Below are positions 51,823 through 63,135 of a stretch of 64,000 nucleotides of DNA, one piece after another; the stretch's first letter is position 1, and the number at the start of each line of letters is the position of its first letter. The notes beneath the pieces were generated by a model. That model had not been told where the DNA came from. It saw only the letters and a list, made by a program, of their open reading frames with translations, and did no database searches. Source of the stretch: Dehalococcoidia bacterium (lineage in GTDB: Bacteria > Chloroflexota > Dehalococcoidia > SM23-28-2 > RBG-16-64-32); NCBI GenBank assembly GCA_963665775.2, contig CAXXTF010000002.1:1408001-1472000 (forward strand), in the 5' to 3' direction. The translations under genes were made by a program, and so were the position numbers.

Positions 51823-53533
51823 CCCGAATCCACCGAAGGACGGCCTTGGGGACAGTCCTTGAAGAAGCCATCGGGTGCTCCTCTGAATCTGGGATAATGG
51901 TTTTGGAACAGAAACCAGCCCGGAAACAAGGAGCACCCAATAGATGCTGCCACAGAACAAACCCGACCGTATCCGCATCCTCTTTGACGACCATCGCCTG
52001 GTGGCCAATGCCGGCCTGCTCCTGCCAGCCACCCTAGCCCGGCACCTGGGCCTGCGGGAACTCGTCGACCATCACCTTGACCTCGGCGGAGCGCCGGGAC
52101 GGGCGAACACTGGGGACAAGATGCTGACGCTGGTCGCTTCCGCGCTGGCAGGCGGCGACTGCATCGACGACGCCGATGCGCTGCGCGCTGGTGGGACGGT
52201 CGGTGTTCTAGGCTGCGTGGTCAAGGCGCCATCCACCCTGGGGACCTTCCTGCGCAGCTTCCGGTGGGGGCATGTCCGTCAACTCGACCGCGTGAGCCGC
52301 CAGTTGTTGGCCCGGGCCTGGGCCGCTGGGGCCGGACCCGGCGACTCGCCCCTGACCATCGACCTGGACTCGACCATCTGCGAGACCTATGGACTGGCCA
52401 AGGAGGGAGCGCGCCACCACGGCTATACCGGCGCCCGCGGCTATCACCCGCTGCTGGCCATTGCCGCCGGCACCGGCGAGGTGCTGATGTCCCGGCTGCG
52501 CGAGGGCCGGGCCAACACCGCCCGTGGCGCCGCCCACTTCCTGCGTGAGACGGTGGGGCGGGTGCGCTACGGCGGGGCCAGGGGACAACTCACGGTGCGG
52601 GCCGACAGCGGCTTCTACGCCCACACTGTCGTTGCCGCCTGCCGGGAAATGGATGTCCGCTTCTCTATCACCATCCGCCAGCGCGCCAGCCTGCGGGACC
52701 TGATCGAGGCGATACCAGAGGAGGACTGGACTCCCATTCCCTACTGGATGGACGGCGCCGCCGATGTCGCCGAGACGACTTACACCCCGTTCCAGACCAA
52801 GCCGGACGCCGCGCCGGTGCGGCTCATTGTCCGGCGGGTGAAGCCGACGCCCGGTTCCCAGCTCGCCCTCTTCGCCAGATACAGCTATCACGCCTTCATC
52901 ACCGACCGCGATGGGGAGACGCTGGAACTGGAGGCCGATCATCGCCGCCACGCCGAGGTCGAGAACGCCATACGCGACCTCAAGTACGGCGTCGGGCTGA
53001 ACCACATGCCGTCGGGGCGCTTCGCCGCCAACGGCGCCTGGCTGGCGGTCCAGGTGATGGCGCATAACCTGGCCCGCTGGACAGCCCGCATCGGCCTGGG
53101 TCAGCAGATCGTGACCACCAAGACCCTCAGGCGGCGGGTCTTCGCTCTCGTGGGACGGATCACCCGCTCGGCGCGCCGCCTCACTTTGCATCTCCCCCGG
53201 CGCTGGCCTTGGGAAACCCAGTTCAGTCGCGCCTTGGCCCGGCTGCAAGCCATTCCATTCCCGGCCTGACGGCCAGCCTGCAACTGACCCAACGTCCCCG
53301 CAATCTCGCGCCACCCCGGTCGCGAGAGTCCCCTGCTGCGTATCCTCTCGCCATCCCGCGCATCGCAACTCCCGCATAGGGCCTTAGGGGCCCTGTGCGG
53401 CGACTGAAGACCGTCCGCCGGCCTCCCATCTACCCCAAGATCCAAGACCCCAGGCCATCTCCCTTGTAGCTCCCTCACCCACCCCCTTCCGCTGTCCTCA
53501 CGCCGTCCATCCGTGTCCTTCGGTGGATTCGGG
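51823..53533 (+). mobile_element. IS1380-family insertion sequence (transposase 51944-53269)
   Basis: Perfect 19 bp IR CCCGAATCCACCGAAGGAC; CTAAG direct repeat on both flanks; TIDLDST, VRADSGF, VENAIRDLK. Confidence 0.94.
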
Positions 53534-53625
53534 CTAAGGGATGATATAGTACTCGCCGTGAAGCGGCATGCGCGCCCTGCACCATGCCGCTGGATCGATG
53601 TTTCCGCACACTGATTGGGGGAGTT

Positions 53626-54990
53626 ATGTCAACCCGGAAGTATGACGTGATCGTAGCCGGCGGAGGGACAGGGAGGGACATCGTCCTGGCTGCTCACGCC
53701 CAGGGTCTTAAGGTAGCTCTGATCGAAAAGGGACCGTTAGGCGGCACGTGTCACAACCGCGGCTGCATGCCTTCGAAGATGCTCATCCACAGTGCCGACG
53801 TGGCTGAAACCGTCAGGAGCGGTGAGCGATTCGGGATCAAAGCTCAGATAGAGCACATCGACTTTCCTTCGATCGTGAAGAACGTGTTCGCCGTCTTGGA
53901 CGAGGAGACGAGGGAGCGGGAGGAGGCTTTGAGAGGCTCTTCCAACGTCACGTTCTATCAGACCGAGGGAAAATTCATCGGCCCTAAGACGATGCGGGTT
54001 GGGGAGGAGGAGATCACAGCGGACAAGGTTTTCATCTTTGGCGGCACCAAACCTACGGTTCCGAGAATAAAAGGGCTGGAAACTGTCCCTTACATGACGA
54101 GCGATGAAGCGCTCCGCTTGGAAGGACAGCCCAGGCGGCTGGCGATTATAGGAGGCGGCTACGTTGCGGCTGAGCTCGCCCACTTCTTTGGCTCACTGGG
54201 CACGGAGATAACAGTTCTTGCTCGGGGAGACCGGCTTCTCGATCGGGAGGACGCCGAGATCTCCGGATGGTTCTCACGTGAATTTTCAGCGAGGTACAGG
54301 ACGATCCTCAACACGGAGACAGAGGAGCTCTCCCGGAAGGGCAGCGATATTGAGATAAAGCTCAGGGCAAGCGACAGGACAGCTGTGGCCGATCAGATTC
54401 TCTTCGCCACCGGCAGAAAGCCCAACACTGATATCTGGGACGTTCCGGCAACCGGTGTTGAGCTGGACGAGAAGGGTTTCGTCAAGGTCAACAAGTACCT
54501 TGAAACGAACGTCGCGGGCGTGTGGGCTCTTGGCGACATAGTGGGGGGTATGCCTCTCAAACACGTCGCCGTCCGACAGGCCAAGCACGTTATACGAAAC
54601 GTCTTCTTCAGTGAGAGAAAGCCGATGCGTTACGGCGCGATTCCCCATGCGGTGTTCAGCTCGCCGCAAGTAGCAGCGGTGGGAAAGACCGAAGACGAGC
54701 TGAAGAAGGAAAACATTCCATACAAAGTAGGAAGGTACGAGTTCAAGAACACAGGCATGGGTATGGCGCTGAAGGAAAACGGGCTGGTGAAGGTGCTGGC
54801 GAGCGAGACGGATGACATTCTGGGATGTCACATCGTGGGGCCGGACGCATCCTGCCTAATCCAGGAGGCGGTAGTCGCCATGAATACGACGGGGAAGCTG
54901 GACGCCATTATCGACGCCGTTCACGCTCACCCCGCGCTACCTCAGGTCGTCGAAGAAGCCTTCAAGTCGGCGAAGGCAGCCACGGTTTAG
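53626..54990 (+). CDS. Pyridine nucleotide-disulfide oxidoreductase (dihydrolipoamide dehydrogenase / mycothione reductase-like)
   Basis: GGTCHNRGCMPSK, IGGGYVAAE, ALGD, HAHPAL. Confidence 0.9.
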   Translation: MSTRKYDVIVAGGGTGRDIVLAAHAQGLKVALIEKGPLGGTCHNRGCMPSKMLIHSADVAETVRSGERFGIKAQIEHIDFPSIVKNVFAVLDEETREREEALRGSSNVTFYQTEGKFIGPKTMRVGEEEITADKVFIFGGTKPTVPRIKGLETVPYMTSDEALRLEGQPRRLAIIGGGYVAAELAHFFGSLGTEITVLARGDRLLDREDAEISGWFSREFSARYRTILNTETEELSRKGSDIEIKLRASDRTAVADQILFATGRKPNTDIWDVPATGVELDEKGFVKVNKYLETNVAGVWALGDIVGGMPLKHVAVRQAKHVIRNVFFSERKPMRYGAIPHAVFSSPQVAAVGKTEDELKKENIPYKVGRYEFKNTGMGMALKENGLVKVLASETDDILGCHIVGPDASCLIQEAVVAMNTTGKLDAIIDAVHAHPALPQVVEEAFKSAKAATV

Positions 54991-55033
54991 AGAGAGCAGG
55001 CGTAGCAGACTTCCCGACCTCCCTCGCGCGCGG

Positions 55034-56362
55034 TCAATCCGTGATCCGTAGGGGCTCCACCTGTTCCGGCCCCGGCCGGTAGAGCCGGCGCCTTGGCGTT
55101 GGTCGCATCTCGTACATGTTGGTGCGCTCAGCCGCGTTCAGGAGGATCGGCATGAAATCCTCGCCGCGGACCTGGCCGAGCACGCCGCTCGCCGCCACTC
55201 TCTCGCCGAACTCCGCCACCGAGTCCACACGTACGTTCCCGCCGCGGACAGCGATAGGCACGCTCTCGCCGCTGTGCTGGTCGGAGAACTGTCCCCGAGC
55301 CTGACCTGCCCACACGGACGGGGTGGTGTGGTCCGTCGTTAGGACGGTGATGAGATCACGGTGGCCGGCGATCTCCTCCCAGTAGTACCCCATCCCCCTG
55401 TCCAGCGCCTCGATCACCTCGCGGACGCGCTCCGGCTCGTTGTCGTGCGACATCGGGTCAGGATACTTGGAGTGCAGATGGACGAACTCGAACCCCTGCG
55501 CCAGGAGTTCGCGGACCCGCCTCAGCCGCCGCCGCAGGTCGCCCTCGGGGTCCTCGCCCTAGATCTGCTCCAGGTGGAACCCCGCCTCGATCATGAGGCC
55601 GGACACCACCTCTTCGTCGGGAATGCTGGCCGCGCGCATGCCCCAGCGCTCCGCGAACGGCTCGTAGGCGGGCTTCAGGCCGGCCCACTTCGTGATCAGG
55701 CAGTTGATCGGCGGCTCGCCGTCCCGGGAGGCCGAGTGCGAGGCGAGCTGACCGTGGGCCCAGCGGAGGTATCGGTTCAGCGCCTCCGCCGTCCACCCCG
55801 CTAGCTCGGGATCGGTGGCCTCGGCGCGGGGCTTCGCCCGCAGGACGGGGAGGTCCAGACCCAGCGGATCGGTGTCCGTCAGCTGGTAGGAAGCCCCGCC
55901 CTCGATGAACAGGGTACCGTCGCCCCGGCCGCCATAGCTGTAGCGGAACGTCAACCCCTCCACCTCAAGGGTCACGATCGCCTCCGCCAGCGCCTCGCAC
56001 GCCGCCTCCCGCCCCTGGACGAAGCGCTGCACCAGCCGCAGATGGCCGTCCGCCTCCCGCACCGCGGAGGCGAAGCGCGCGGCCAGCACGACGGCCCCAT
56101 CCGGTATCGCCAGCCCTCGCGCCGTTGCAAGCAGCGGCCCGCGGTCCGGGAACTCCTCCTCCGGATAGCCGAACATCAGGTGCAGGGCGAGGGGGCTGCC
56201 CAGCGGATACCCCGGGGACTTAGGGTGGAGCAGGCCGTTGATCCCTTCCGCGGCCAGGCGGTCCAGGTTGGGCGTGCGGGCTGCCTCAAGGGGGGTCTTG
56301 CCGCCCAGTTCCGGGGCTGGACGGTCCGCCAGACCGTCGAAGATTACCAGAAGGATCCGCAC
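55034..56362 (-). pseudogene. ApgM-like cofactor-independent phosphoglycerate mutase family protein with in-frame TAG at 55559-55561
   Basis: DGLADRP, TPLEAARTPNLD, H.K.PD..SHD, TDHTTP, HSGESVP; frame continues EQI*GEDPEGD. Confidence 0.85.
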
Positions 56363-56367
56363 TACGG

Positions 56368-56907
56368 TCAGCGCCCCTGCTGGATCCGGCGGATCACCCT
56401 CGCCACGGCGGGCGGCACCAGCTCTTCCCAGTCCTCACCGCTCACCATCCGCCTGCGAATCTCCGTCGCCTCGATGGCCTTGGATATACCCGGGTGCAGC
56501 ACCTCCACCCGGTAGCCCTGCTCGCGCAGCCGGTCCACCTTCGCCTGCTCCCAGGGGGAGAACACTCTCAGGTAGTGGACCACCTCCGGCGGCAGATAGT
56601 AGCGCCATCTCTCCGGGGCGTGCACCGGGAAGGGTATGATCAGCAGGCGTTCCAGCGGGATGCCTTCCTCGATGAGCACCTCCCGTATCATGACCGACCG
56701 CTGGAAGAAGGTGAAGGGGTTGGACTCTGGCAGGTGACGGTGCTCGCTTGTCGCCTCCTCGGATATCTGGGTCGGGTCGGCGTTGGTGATCCCGATGACC
56801 ATGTTCTGGCTCCGGCTTTCCGCCGCCCGGAGGTACTCCAAGTGCCCGTTGTGGAACGGCTGAAAGCGCCCGTGGATCATGCCGAACTGCGGCTTCTCGG
56901 CGGACAT
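56368..56907 (-). CDS. NadM-like nucleotidyltransferase (HxGH family)
   Basis: GRFQPFHNGHLEY, NPFTFFQR, ATEIRRRM..G.DWEELVP. Confidence 0.85.
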   Translation of the reverse strand: MSAEKPQFGMIHGRFQPFHNGHLEYLRAAESRSQNMVIGITNADPTQISEEATSEHRHLPESNPFTFFQRSVMIREVLIEEGIPLERLLIIPFPVHAPERWRYYLPPEVVHYLRVFSPWEQAKVDRLREQGYRVEVLHPGISKAIEATEIRRRMVSGEDWEELVPPAVARVIRRIQQGR

Positions 56908-56911
56908 CGGA

Positions 56912-57958
56912 TCAGGGAAGTACGGTAACGCCCTCGCCGGCGGCGATCTCGCCCACGCGCCAGACGGGAAGCCCCTCCCTGGCGAAGCCGCTCTCCACCG
57001 CTGGGGCTTTCTCCTCTGCCACAGCGAACAACAGCCCCCCGGAGGTCTGCGGATCGTACAGCAGATGGGCCAGCTCCGCCGTCACCTCCGGCGAGATGCT
57101 GACCTTATCCTGGAGGTACTTGCGGTTGCGCGCCGCGCCCCCGGTCACTATCCCCCGATAGGCGTAATCCAGAGCGCCCGGCAGGAGCGGGACCTCGCTG
57201 GCGAACAGGCGCATCTCCACACCGCCCGCCGTCGCCATCTCGTAGCCGTGGCCGAGGATCCCGAACCCGGTGACGTCGGTCATGGCACGCGCCTCCACCT
57301 CCCGCACGATGTGGGATGCGCATCGGTTCAGCAGCGTCATGCTGCTGATGGCGGCCTCCAGGTGCTCCGGCTCCGCCTCATCAAACTTGGCGGCCGTGGT
57401 GACGATGCCGATGCCCAGGGGCTTGCTCAGGTAAAGCACATCGCCGGGCCGGGTGCCCGCCTTCGTGAACACGTGCTGCGGGTGCACCAGCCCCATCACG
57501 CAGAGCCCGTACTTCGGCTCCGAGTCGATGATCGTGTGTCCGCCGGCGATGACGGCACCCGCTTCCGTCACCTTGTCGGCGCCGCCGCGGATGATCTCGG
57601 CCACCACGTCGGGGTCAAGGTCCTCCGGGAAGGCGGCGACGTTAAGGGCGAGGGTGACCTCCGCCCCCATGGCGTAGATATCGCTCATGGCGTTGGCCGC
57701 GGCCAGGGCCCCGTACTGGTAGGGGTCGTCCACCAGAAGAGCGAAGAAGTCCACCGTGAGCACCACCGCCTGGTCATCGCTCAGCTTGTACACGGTGGCG
57801 TCGTACGGCGCGGCCAGGCCGACCAGGAGGCCCATGGGCTGGCCGTTCTACATTCCGGCCAGGTACCTCAATACGCGGGAAAGGTCCTCCGCCCCGGTCT
57901 TGGACGCGCAGCCGGCGCGGGCTGCCAGTTCTGTGAGGCGCACGGGATTCGTCACCAT
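56912..57958 (-). pseudogene. selD: Selenide, water dikinase (Cys type) with in-frame TAG at 57848-57850
   Basis: ATG 57958 gives RLTEL...AGCASK...AGM*NGQPMGLLVG; VDFF, ANAMSDIYAMG, GGHT, TDVTGFG, DPQTSGGLL. Confidence 0.9.
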
Positions 57959-58284
57959 GGCGGCCTCCCTTCCAAGGCACTACGGCACTTCCGAATTTTG
58001 GTACCGTCAGTAGATGCTACGCACGGGGTGCGTCAGCAGATGATCGGGCTGGTAGCAGCCCATTCTACGTTGCCTGGTGCAAGTTTTCAAGCGGTGTGAT
58101 GTGTCCGCGTAGCGTTCCCACCCGTCGCCGAGACCGCTGGGCTGCCCCTGGTGAAGCTGCGGCGGGCGTCGTGGCGCGATTGACAGCGTCCTGGCTCTGC
58201 CGGACAATCTCAGCGACGATCCACGGCAATCGGGCGTTATCCGACCCACGTATCCCATAGAGAAGGCGGGAATGACGACCGCCC

Positions 58285-58622
58285 TCACGGCCCGCCCCCC
58301 TCCCTCCCACCTGACCCAGCGCCCGCCCGGCGCGCATACCCATCTTCGTCCAGGCGGACGAATGCCAGCCTCGGTGCGAGCAGGGCCGATAGCTTCTCGC
58401 TTAGGCCGGTGCGGGAGAACCGCCCTAAGGATTCGCGGGCGAGCTCCCGGAACCGTTCGTCGTCCAGGTCACTCGGGGCGAGACCGATGACGCAGACCCG
58501 CCGCCGCATCGTAGCGCTGCCGCCGCTAGGTTGTAAAGGGCGGGCAGGAGCTTGCGGCGTGACAGGTCGCCGAACGCCCCCACCACGACCACATCCTGGG
58601 GCGCTGGCGGTTCAAGGCTCAT
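58285..58622 (-). pseudogene. zwf: Glucose-6-phosphate dehydrogenase N-terminal remnant
   Basis: VVVGAFGDLSRRKLLPALYNL, frameshift, then VIGLA...DDERFR; rest of gene absent. Confidence 0.85.
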
Positions 58623-59488
58623 TGTCCCTTCACGGCGTGCCCGCCGAACTCGTTGCGCAGGGCGGCGATCACTCTCATCGCGAAGGAGTCCTCCTGCCGC
58701 GAGGCGAAGCGGGCGAACAGGCTGGCGGCGATCGTGGGCGCCGGGACGTTCTCGTTGATCGCCTCGAACACCGTCCAGCGCCCTTCGCCGGAGTCCTCCA
58801 CGTAGCCGCGGATCTGGGACAGGTCCGGGTCCTTGTCGAAGGCGCTCTCCGCCAGCTCCAGCAGCCAGGAGCGGACGACGCTGCCGTGGTTCCAGAGAGC
58901 GGCGATCTGATGCAGGTCCAGATCGAACTGCGAGGCGTCCAGGATCTCGAACCCCTCGGCGTAGGCCTGTAGCATCGCGTACTCGATGCCGTTGTGTACC
59001 ATCTTGGTGAAGTGACCGGCGCCCGCGGGGCCTACGTGGGCGTAGCCGTCCTCCGGGGCAAGTGTCTTTAGGGCCGGCTCGATGTGGCGGAACGCCTCGT
59101 CGCTGCCGCCGACCATGAGGCAGTAGCCTATCTGCAGGCCCCAGATGCCGCCGGAGGTCCCGGCGTCCATGAACAGCAGCCCCTTCTTCTCCAGCTCGGC
59201 GCCGCGCCTCATGCTATCGCGGAAGTTGGAGTTGCCGCCATCGATAATGAGGTCCCCCTTGTCAAGCAGGCCCGTGAGTTCCTGGATGGTCTGCTCCGTG
59301 GGGTCACCGGCGGGCACCATCACCCAGGCCGCCCGCGGAGCCGTGAGCCTATCCACAAGCTCAGAGAGCGAACCGACGTCCGAGACCTCGGAATTGCGGT
59401 CGTAACCGATCACCTCGTGGCCGCCGCGGCGCAGCCGCTCCCTCATGTTGCCGCCCATGCGGCCAAGCCCGATCATGCCTAGTTGCAT
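58619..59488 (-). CDS. gnd: Short-type 6-phosphogluconate dehydrogenase
   Basis: IGLGRMG, IDGGNS, KMVHNGIEY, DSGEGRW, RNEFGGH. Confidence 0.95.
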   Translation of the reverse strand: MQLGMIGLGRMGGNMRERLRRGGHEVIGYDRNSEVSDVGSLSELVDRLTAPRAAWVMVPAGDPTEQTIQELTGLLDKGDLIIDGGNSNFRDSMRRGAELEKKGLLFMDAGTSGGIWGLQIGYCLMVGGSDEAFRHIEPALKTLAPEDGYAHVGPAGAGHFTKMVHNGIEYAMLQAYAEGFEILDASQFDLDLHQIAALWNHGSVVRSWLLELAESAFDKDPDLSQIRGYVEDSGEGRWTVFEAINENVPAPTIAASLFARFASRQEDSFAMRVIAALRNEFGGHAVKGQ

Positions 59489-59493
59489 CGTTA

Positions 59494-62091
59494 CTACACC
59501 TCCTCTAGATCTGATAGCCGGACCCTGGCGACCCTGCGCCCGCGGGCCCGCAGCGCCTGCAGGTCCCCCGCCGACTGGGCGTCCAGAAGCGTCCGAAACG
59601 TGTACGGCTTCCCGGGGATGGCCAGGTCCAGCGACGGCTCATCGACGACCTGGATGAAGACGCCAGTGGCCGACCCTCCCTTGTGGAGCTGTCCGGTGGA
59701 GTGGAGGAAGCGGGGACCGAAGCCAACGGTGGTCGCCACGCGCAGACGATCGCGCAGCCTTGCCCTGGCTGCCTGAAGTCGGGACGTGTTGTCCGGGGTG
59801 CGCGGCAGGTAGGCCTGGATGGCCAGATAGTCGCCGGGGCGTACCCCCTCCAGGAGCGTCGCCAGGTCGTTATACGGCTCCCTCGGGAGGGCGTCCGCCT
59901 CCAGCAGGTGACGGGTGGCGTCCTTCGCCTCCTGGACGTTGGGCTGATCAAAGGGGTGGATGCCCAGGACGTGGCCGGCCACCGCGGTGGCGAACTCCCA
60001 GCGGAAGAACTCCGCTCCCAGCTTGGCCGCGCCGTCGAAGGGGATCATCACGGAAGGCTCCAAAGCGGTCTCCACGCCAAGGGAGACGAACAGGCGGTCG
60101 CTGCCGTAGACGTCCGGCGGGCCCGGCGGCTCGCCATCCACGGGTACGATGCCCGTGCCTTCCTTGCCGGTCGATTCGGCGATGAGCTGTTCGAGCCAGG
60201 CGCCGAAGGCGGCTACCTCGGCAGGGACCAGGAGGGTCAGCTTGTCCCGCCCTGCCTTTGCGGCCTCGCCCATGAGCGCGCCCAGCCAGAGCCCCGGGTT
60301 GTCCGAGACCGGCGCGCAGTCGGCGCAGGCGCAGGCCATCTCTTCCGCCGAGTCCAGCAGGGCATCAAGGTCTACCCCGATGAGCGCTGCCGGTACCAGG
60401 CCGAAGTAGGAGAGGGCCGAGTAGCGCCCGCCTATATCGGCCGGGTTGAGGAACACGCGTCGGAACCCCTTTGAACGGGCCAGCGCCTCCAGCGGCGTCC
60501 CGGGATCTGTGATGGCGACGAACTGCTTGCCGTCCTTGACCTTGTCGTAGAAGTAGGCGAAATGGGAGAGCGTCTCCACGGTGCCGCCCGATTTGCTGGC
60601 GACGATGAATAACGTGTTGCTGAGGTCACCGTCCGTCTCCACTGCCGCTATCGCCTCTGGATGCGTGGTGTCCAGCGCAGTCAGCGGCTTGCCCCCGAAG
60701 GTCGTCGAGAACACCTCCGGCGCCAGGCTGGAGCCGCCCATCCCCAGGAGGACGATCCGCTCGAATGCTGCACAGCTCTGGGCGAACTCCTGCAGCTGGT
60801 CCATCTGCTCGCGCATCTTCTCCGGTAGCGCTAGCCAGCCCAGGCGGTTGGTAATCTCGGTCGGGTCCGGCTTCCAGACGGTGTGATCCAGCGCCCATAT
60901 GCGCCGGGGCACCCCCGCCTTCTCCATGCTGGAGAGGCGCTTCTCCAGGGGCTTCGCCAGCGCGCCCAGACTGACCCGAGGCTGCCCCTGGGCCGAGACG
61001 ATCCGTTCGCACTTGGCCTCGATCCCGGCCAGCAGCTTCTCGAAGTCCTTCTGAAACGCCGCCAGCCCGTCCTCCAGCAGCTTGGCCAGCACCTCATCCA
61101 ATCGCACGCCCAACTCCGGCAGCATACCGATCGTCATCTCAGCCTCTTCCAGGTCCGCCTCCAGCGCCGGCGGCGCCGACCGCAGCTGTCCGTGGTCGGC
61201 GAAGGCGTACAGCGTGCTCTCTGGCATCGTGTTCACGGTATGCGCGCCGATAAGCTCTTCGACGTACAAGACGTCCGAGTAGCCGGGGTTCTTCGTTCCC
61301 GTGGAGGCCCAGAGCGGGCGCTGGAGGCGCCCCCCCACCGCCGCCAGCCGATCCCAGCGCGGGCCGGAGAAGAGCCTGCGGAAGAGGCGGTAGGCCGTCT
61401 TCGCGTTGGCGATTGCGGCCTTGCCCCGCAGCGGCGACTCCTCCGGCAGCAGCGCGTCCACCGCCGTATCCACTCTAGAAACGAAGAAGGACGCCACGCC
61501 GGCGACGTCTTCGATCGACTGACCGGCCTCCAGCCGCCGCTCCAAGCCCGCAATGTAGGCCAGAGCGGCCTGCTCGTACGCCTTCACGTCGAAGAGCAAG
61601 GTAACGTTGACGTTGACGCCCTGCCTTGTCAGCTCCTCGATCGCCGGTGCGCCTTCCGGCGTGCCGGGGACCTTGATCATCACGTTGGGGCGCGCGAGCT
61701 CGCTGAACAGGCTCAGACCCTCCTGGATCGTGCCCTCGGCGTCTCGCGCCAGGTTCGGCGATACCTCAAGGCTGACGAACCCGTCGCCTCCCTTCCTGTC
61801 GTCGTAAACCGGACGCAGAACATCGGCCGTCATCCCGATGTCCTCGACTGCCAGGCGTAGGAAGATCGCCTTCGGGTCGCGCTGGCCGCTTTCCACGAGC
61901 GAGCGGAGGGCGTCATCGTAGTCGGTCGAGCCAGCGATCGCTTTGTTCAAGATGGTGGGGTTCGAGGTTACGCCAGCCACGGCGTACTCGTCGACCAGTC
62001 GCTTCAGGCCACCGGAAGTGATGAGGCCTCTACGGATGTAGTCGAGCCAGGGGCTCTGCCCGAAGTCTCGGAGCCGAAACAATGGGTTCAC
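59494..62091 (-). CDS. Bifunctional transaldolase / glucose-6-phosphate isomerase
   Basis: GVTSNPTI, MIKVP, WASTGTK; GMGGSSL, SKSGGT, GGRYS, QLIAESTGK, DQPNVQEAK. Confidence 0.93.
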   Translation of the reverse strand: MNPLFRLRDFGQSPWLDYIRRGLITSGGLKRLVDEYAVAGVTSNPTILNKAIAGSTDYDDALRSLVESGQRDPKAIFLRLAVEDIGMTADVLRPVYDDRKGGDGFVSLEVSPNLARDAEGTIQEGLSLFSELARPNVMIKVPGTPEGAPAIEELTRQGVNVNVTLLFDVKAYEQAALAYIAGLERRLEAGQSIEDVAGVASFFVSRVDTAVDALLPEESPLRGKAAIANAKTAYRLFRRLFSGPRWDRLAAVGGRLQRPLWASTGTKNPGYSDVLYVEELIGAHTVNTMPESTLYAFADHGQLRSAPPALEADLEEAEMTIGMLPELGVRLDEVLAKLLEDGLAAFQKDFEKLLAGIEAKCERIVSAQGQPRVSLGALAKPLEKRLSSMEKAGVPRRIWALDHTVWKPDPTEITNRLGWLALPEKMREQMDQLQEFAQSCAAFERIVLLGMGGSSLAPEVFSTTFGGKPLTALDTTHPEAIAAVETDGDLSNTLFIVASKSGGTVETLSHFAYFYDKVKDGKQFVAITDPGTPLEALARSKGFRRVFLNPADIGGRYSALSYFGLVPAALIGVDLDALLDSAEEMACACADCAPVSDNPGLWLGALMGEAAKAGRDKLTLLVPAEVAAFGAWLEQLIAESTGKEGTGIVPVDGEPPGPPDVYGSDRLFVSLGVETALEPSVMIPFDGAAKLGAEFFRWEFATAVAGHVLGIHPFDQPNVQEAKDATRHLLEADALPREPYNDLATLLEGVRPGDYLAIQAYLPRTPDNTSRLQAARARLRDRLRVATTVGFGPRFLHSTGQLHKGGSATGVFIQVVDEPSLDLAIPGKPYTFRTLLDAQSAGDLQALRARGRRVARVRLSDLEEV

Positions 62092-62201
62092 GTTCCCTCC
62101 TTCTCGATCACAGCGATTTTCTCGAGGCGGCGCACGATGCCCTCGCCATGGGCGTGCACCCTCATGTCCGGTCTCAGCTCAAGGTCGGCTTCGTCCGTCA
62201 T
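62088..62201 (-). pseudogene. 37 aa deletion remnant, C-terminus resembling RpiB
   Basis: Good SD and ATG; ends IVRRLEKIAVIEKEGT with stop overlapping the tal-pgi start. Confidence 0.35.
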
Positions 62202-62214
62202 TTCTCTCCTTCCT

Positions 62215-63135
62215 CTAGCCCGCCTTACCTTCGCTGCCAAACAGACGGATGCGGGCCTCGACTGCATTCCGTACAACGTCTTCAACATAGCCCATCAGCT
62301 CGTACAGATTGAAGATGTCCGGCTGCTCCGCGAGAACCTGACGCATCCGGCCCAAGGCCGCCAGCCTCAGGTCGGAGTCGGTGTTGATCTTCGCCACGCC
62401 GAGGGAGATGGCTCGCCTGATGAACTCCTCCGGGATGCCTGTGGCCTTCGGCAGCTGGGCGCCGTATCGCTCGGCGAACGCCACCTCCTCCTCACGGACC
62501 GCAGAGGCGCCGTGGAGGACGATTGGGTTGTCTAGGAGCCCGGCGATTGTGGCCAGCCGGTCGAAATCGAGTCGTGGTTCGCCTTTGAACTTGAAGGCGC
62601 CGTGCGAGGTGCCGATGGTGATGGTAAGCGAATCGACACCCGTCTCGGCTACAAACCGCACGGCCTCCTCGAGCACCGTGAAGGTGGCCGCCGCCGCCAC
62701 CTCGCCCAGGTCCTCGATTCCCGCCAGCTGACCGATCTCGGCTTCCACCTGGACGCTGCGGTCGTGAGCGTACGCCACGATCTCCCGCGTGGCGGCGATG
62801 TTCTCCTCTAGCGGCAGCCGCGACGTGTCGATCATCACCGAGGTGTATCCGGCCTCCACCGCGGCCCTCGCCACTTCGATGCTCTTGCCGTGGTCCATGT
62901 GAAGGGCGACGGGGACCGGGGCCTCCTCGGCGAGGCGGCGGACGATTGAGGCGATGTTGCCGAAACCGGCATGCTTGACGGCACCCTCCGACGTCTGAAT
63001 CATAACCGGCGCCCGTAGGTTCGTCGCCGCATCGACGACGGCCCGAGCGGACTCCAGGTTGTAGACGTTGAACCCCCCAACCGCCCAGCCGTTCGCGCGA
63101 CCCGCTCTCAGATACTCCAGCGGGTTAACCAGCAT
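62215..63135 (-). CDS. fba: Class II fructose-bisphosphate aldolase
   Basis: ALHMDHG, GYTSVMID, VEAEIG, GTSHGAFKF, VLHGAS, KINTDSD. Confidence 0.93.
   Translation of the reverse strand: MLVNPLEYLRAGRANGWAVGGFNVYNLESARAVVDAATNLRAPVMIQTSEGAVKHAGFGNIASIVRRLAEEAPVPVALHMDHGKSIEVARAAVEAGYTSVMIDTSRLPLEENIAATREIVAYAHDRSVQVEAEIGQLAGIEDLGEVAAAATFTVLEEAVRFVAETGVDSLTITIGTSHGAFKFKGEPRLDFDRLATIAGLLDNPIVLHGASAVREEEVAFAERYGAQLPKATGIPEEFIRRAISLGVAKINTDSDLRLAALGRMRQVLAEQPDIFNLYELMGYVEDVVRNAVEARIRLFGSEGKAG

Noticed and set aside
57848-57910. Sec-containing SelD
   Set aside because: The active-site codon is TGC (Cys); the stop is TAG in a variable linker 20 codons later
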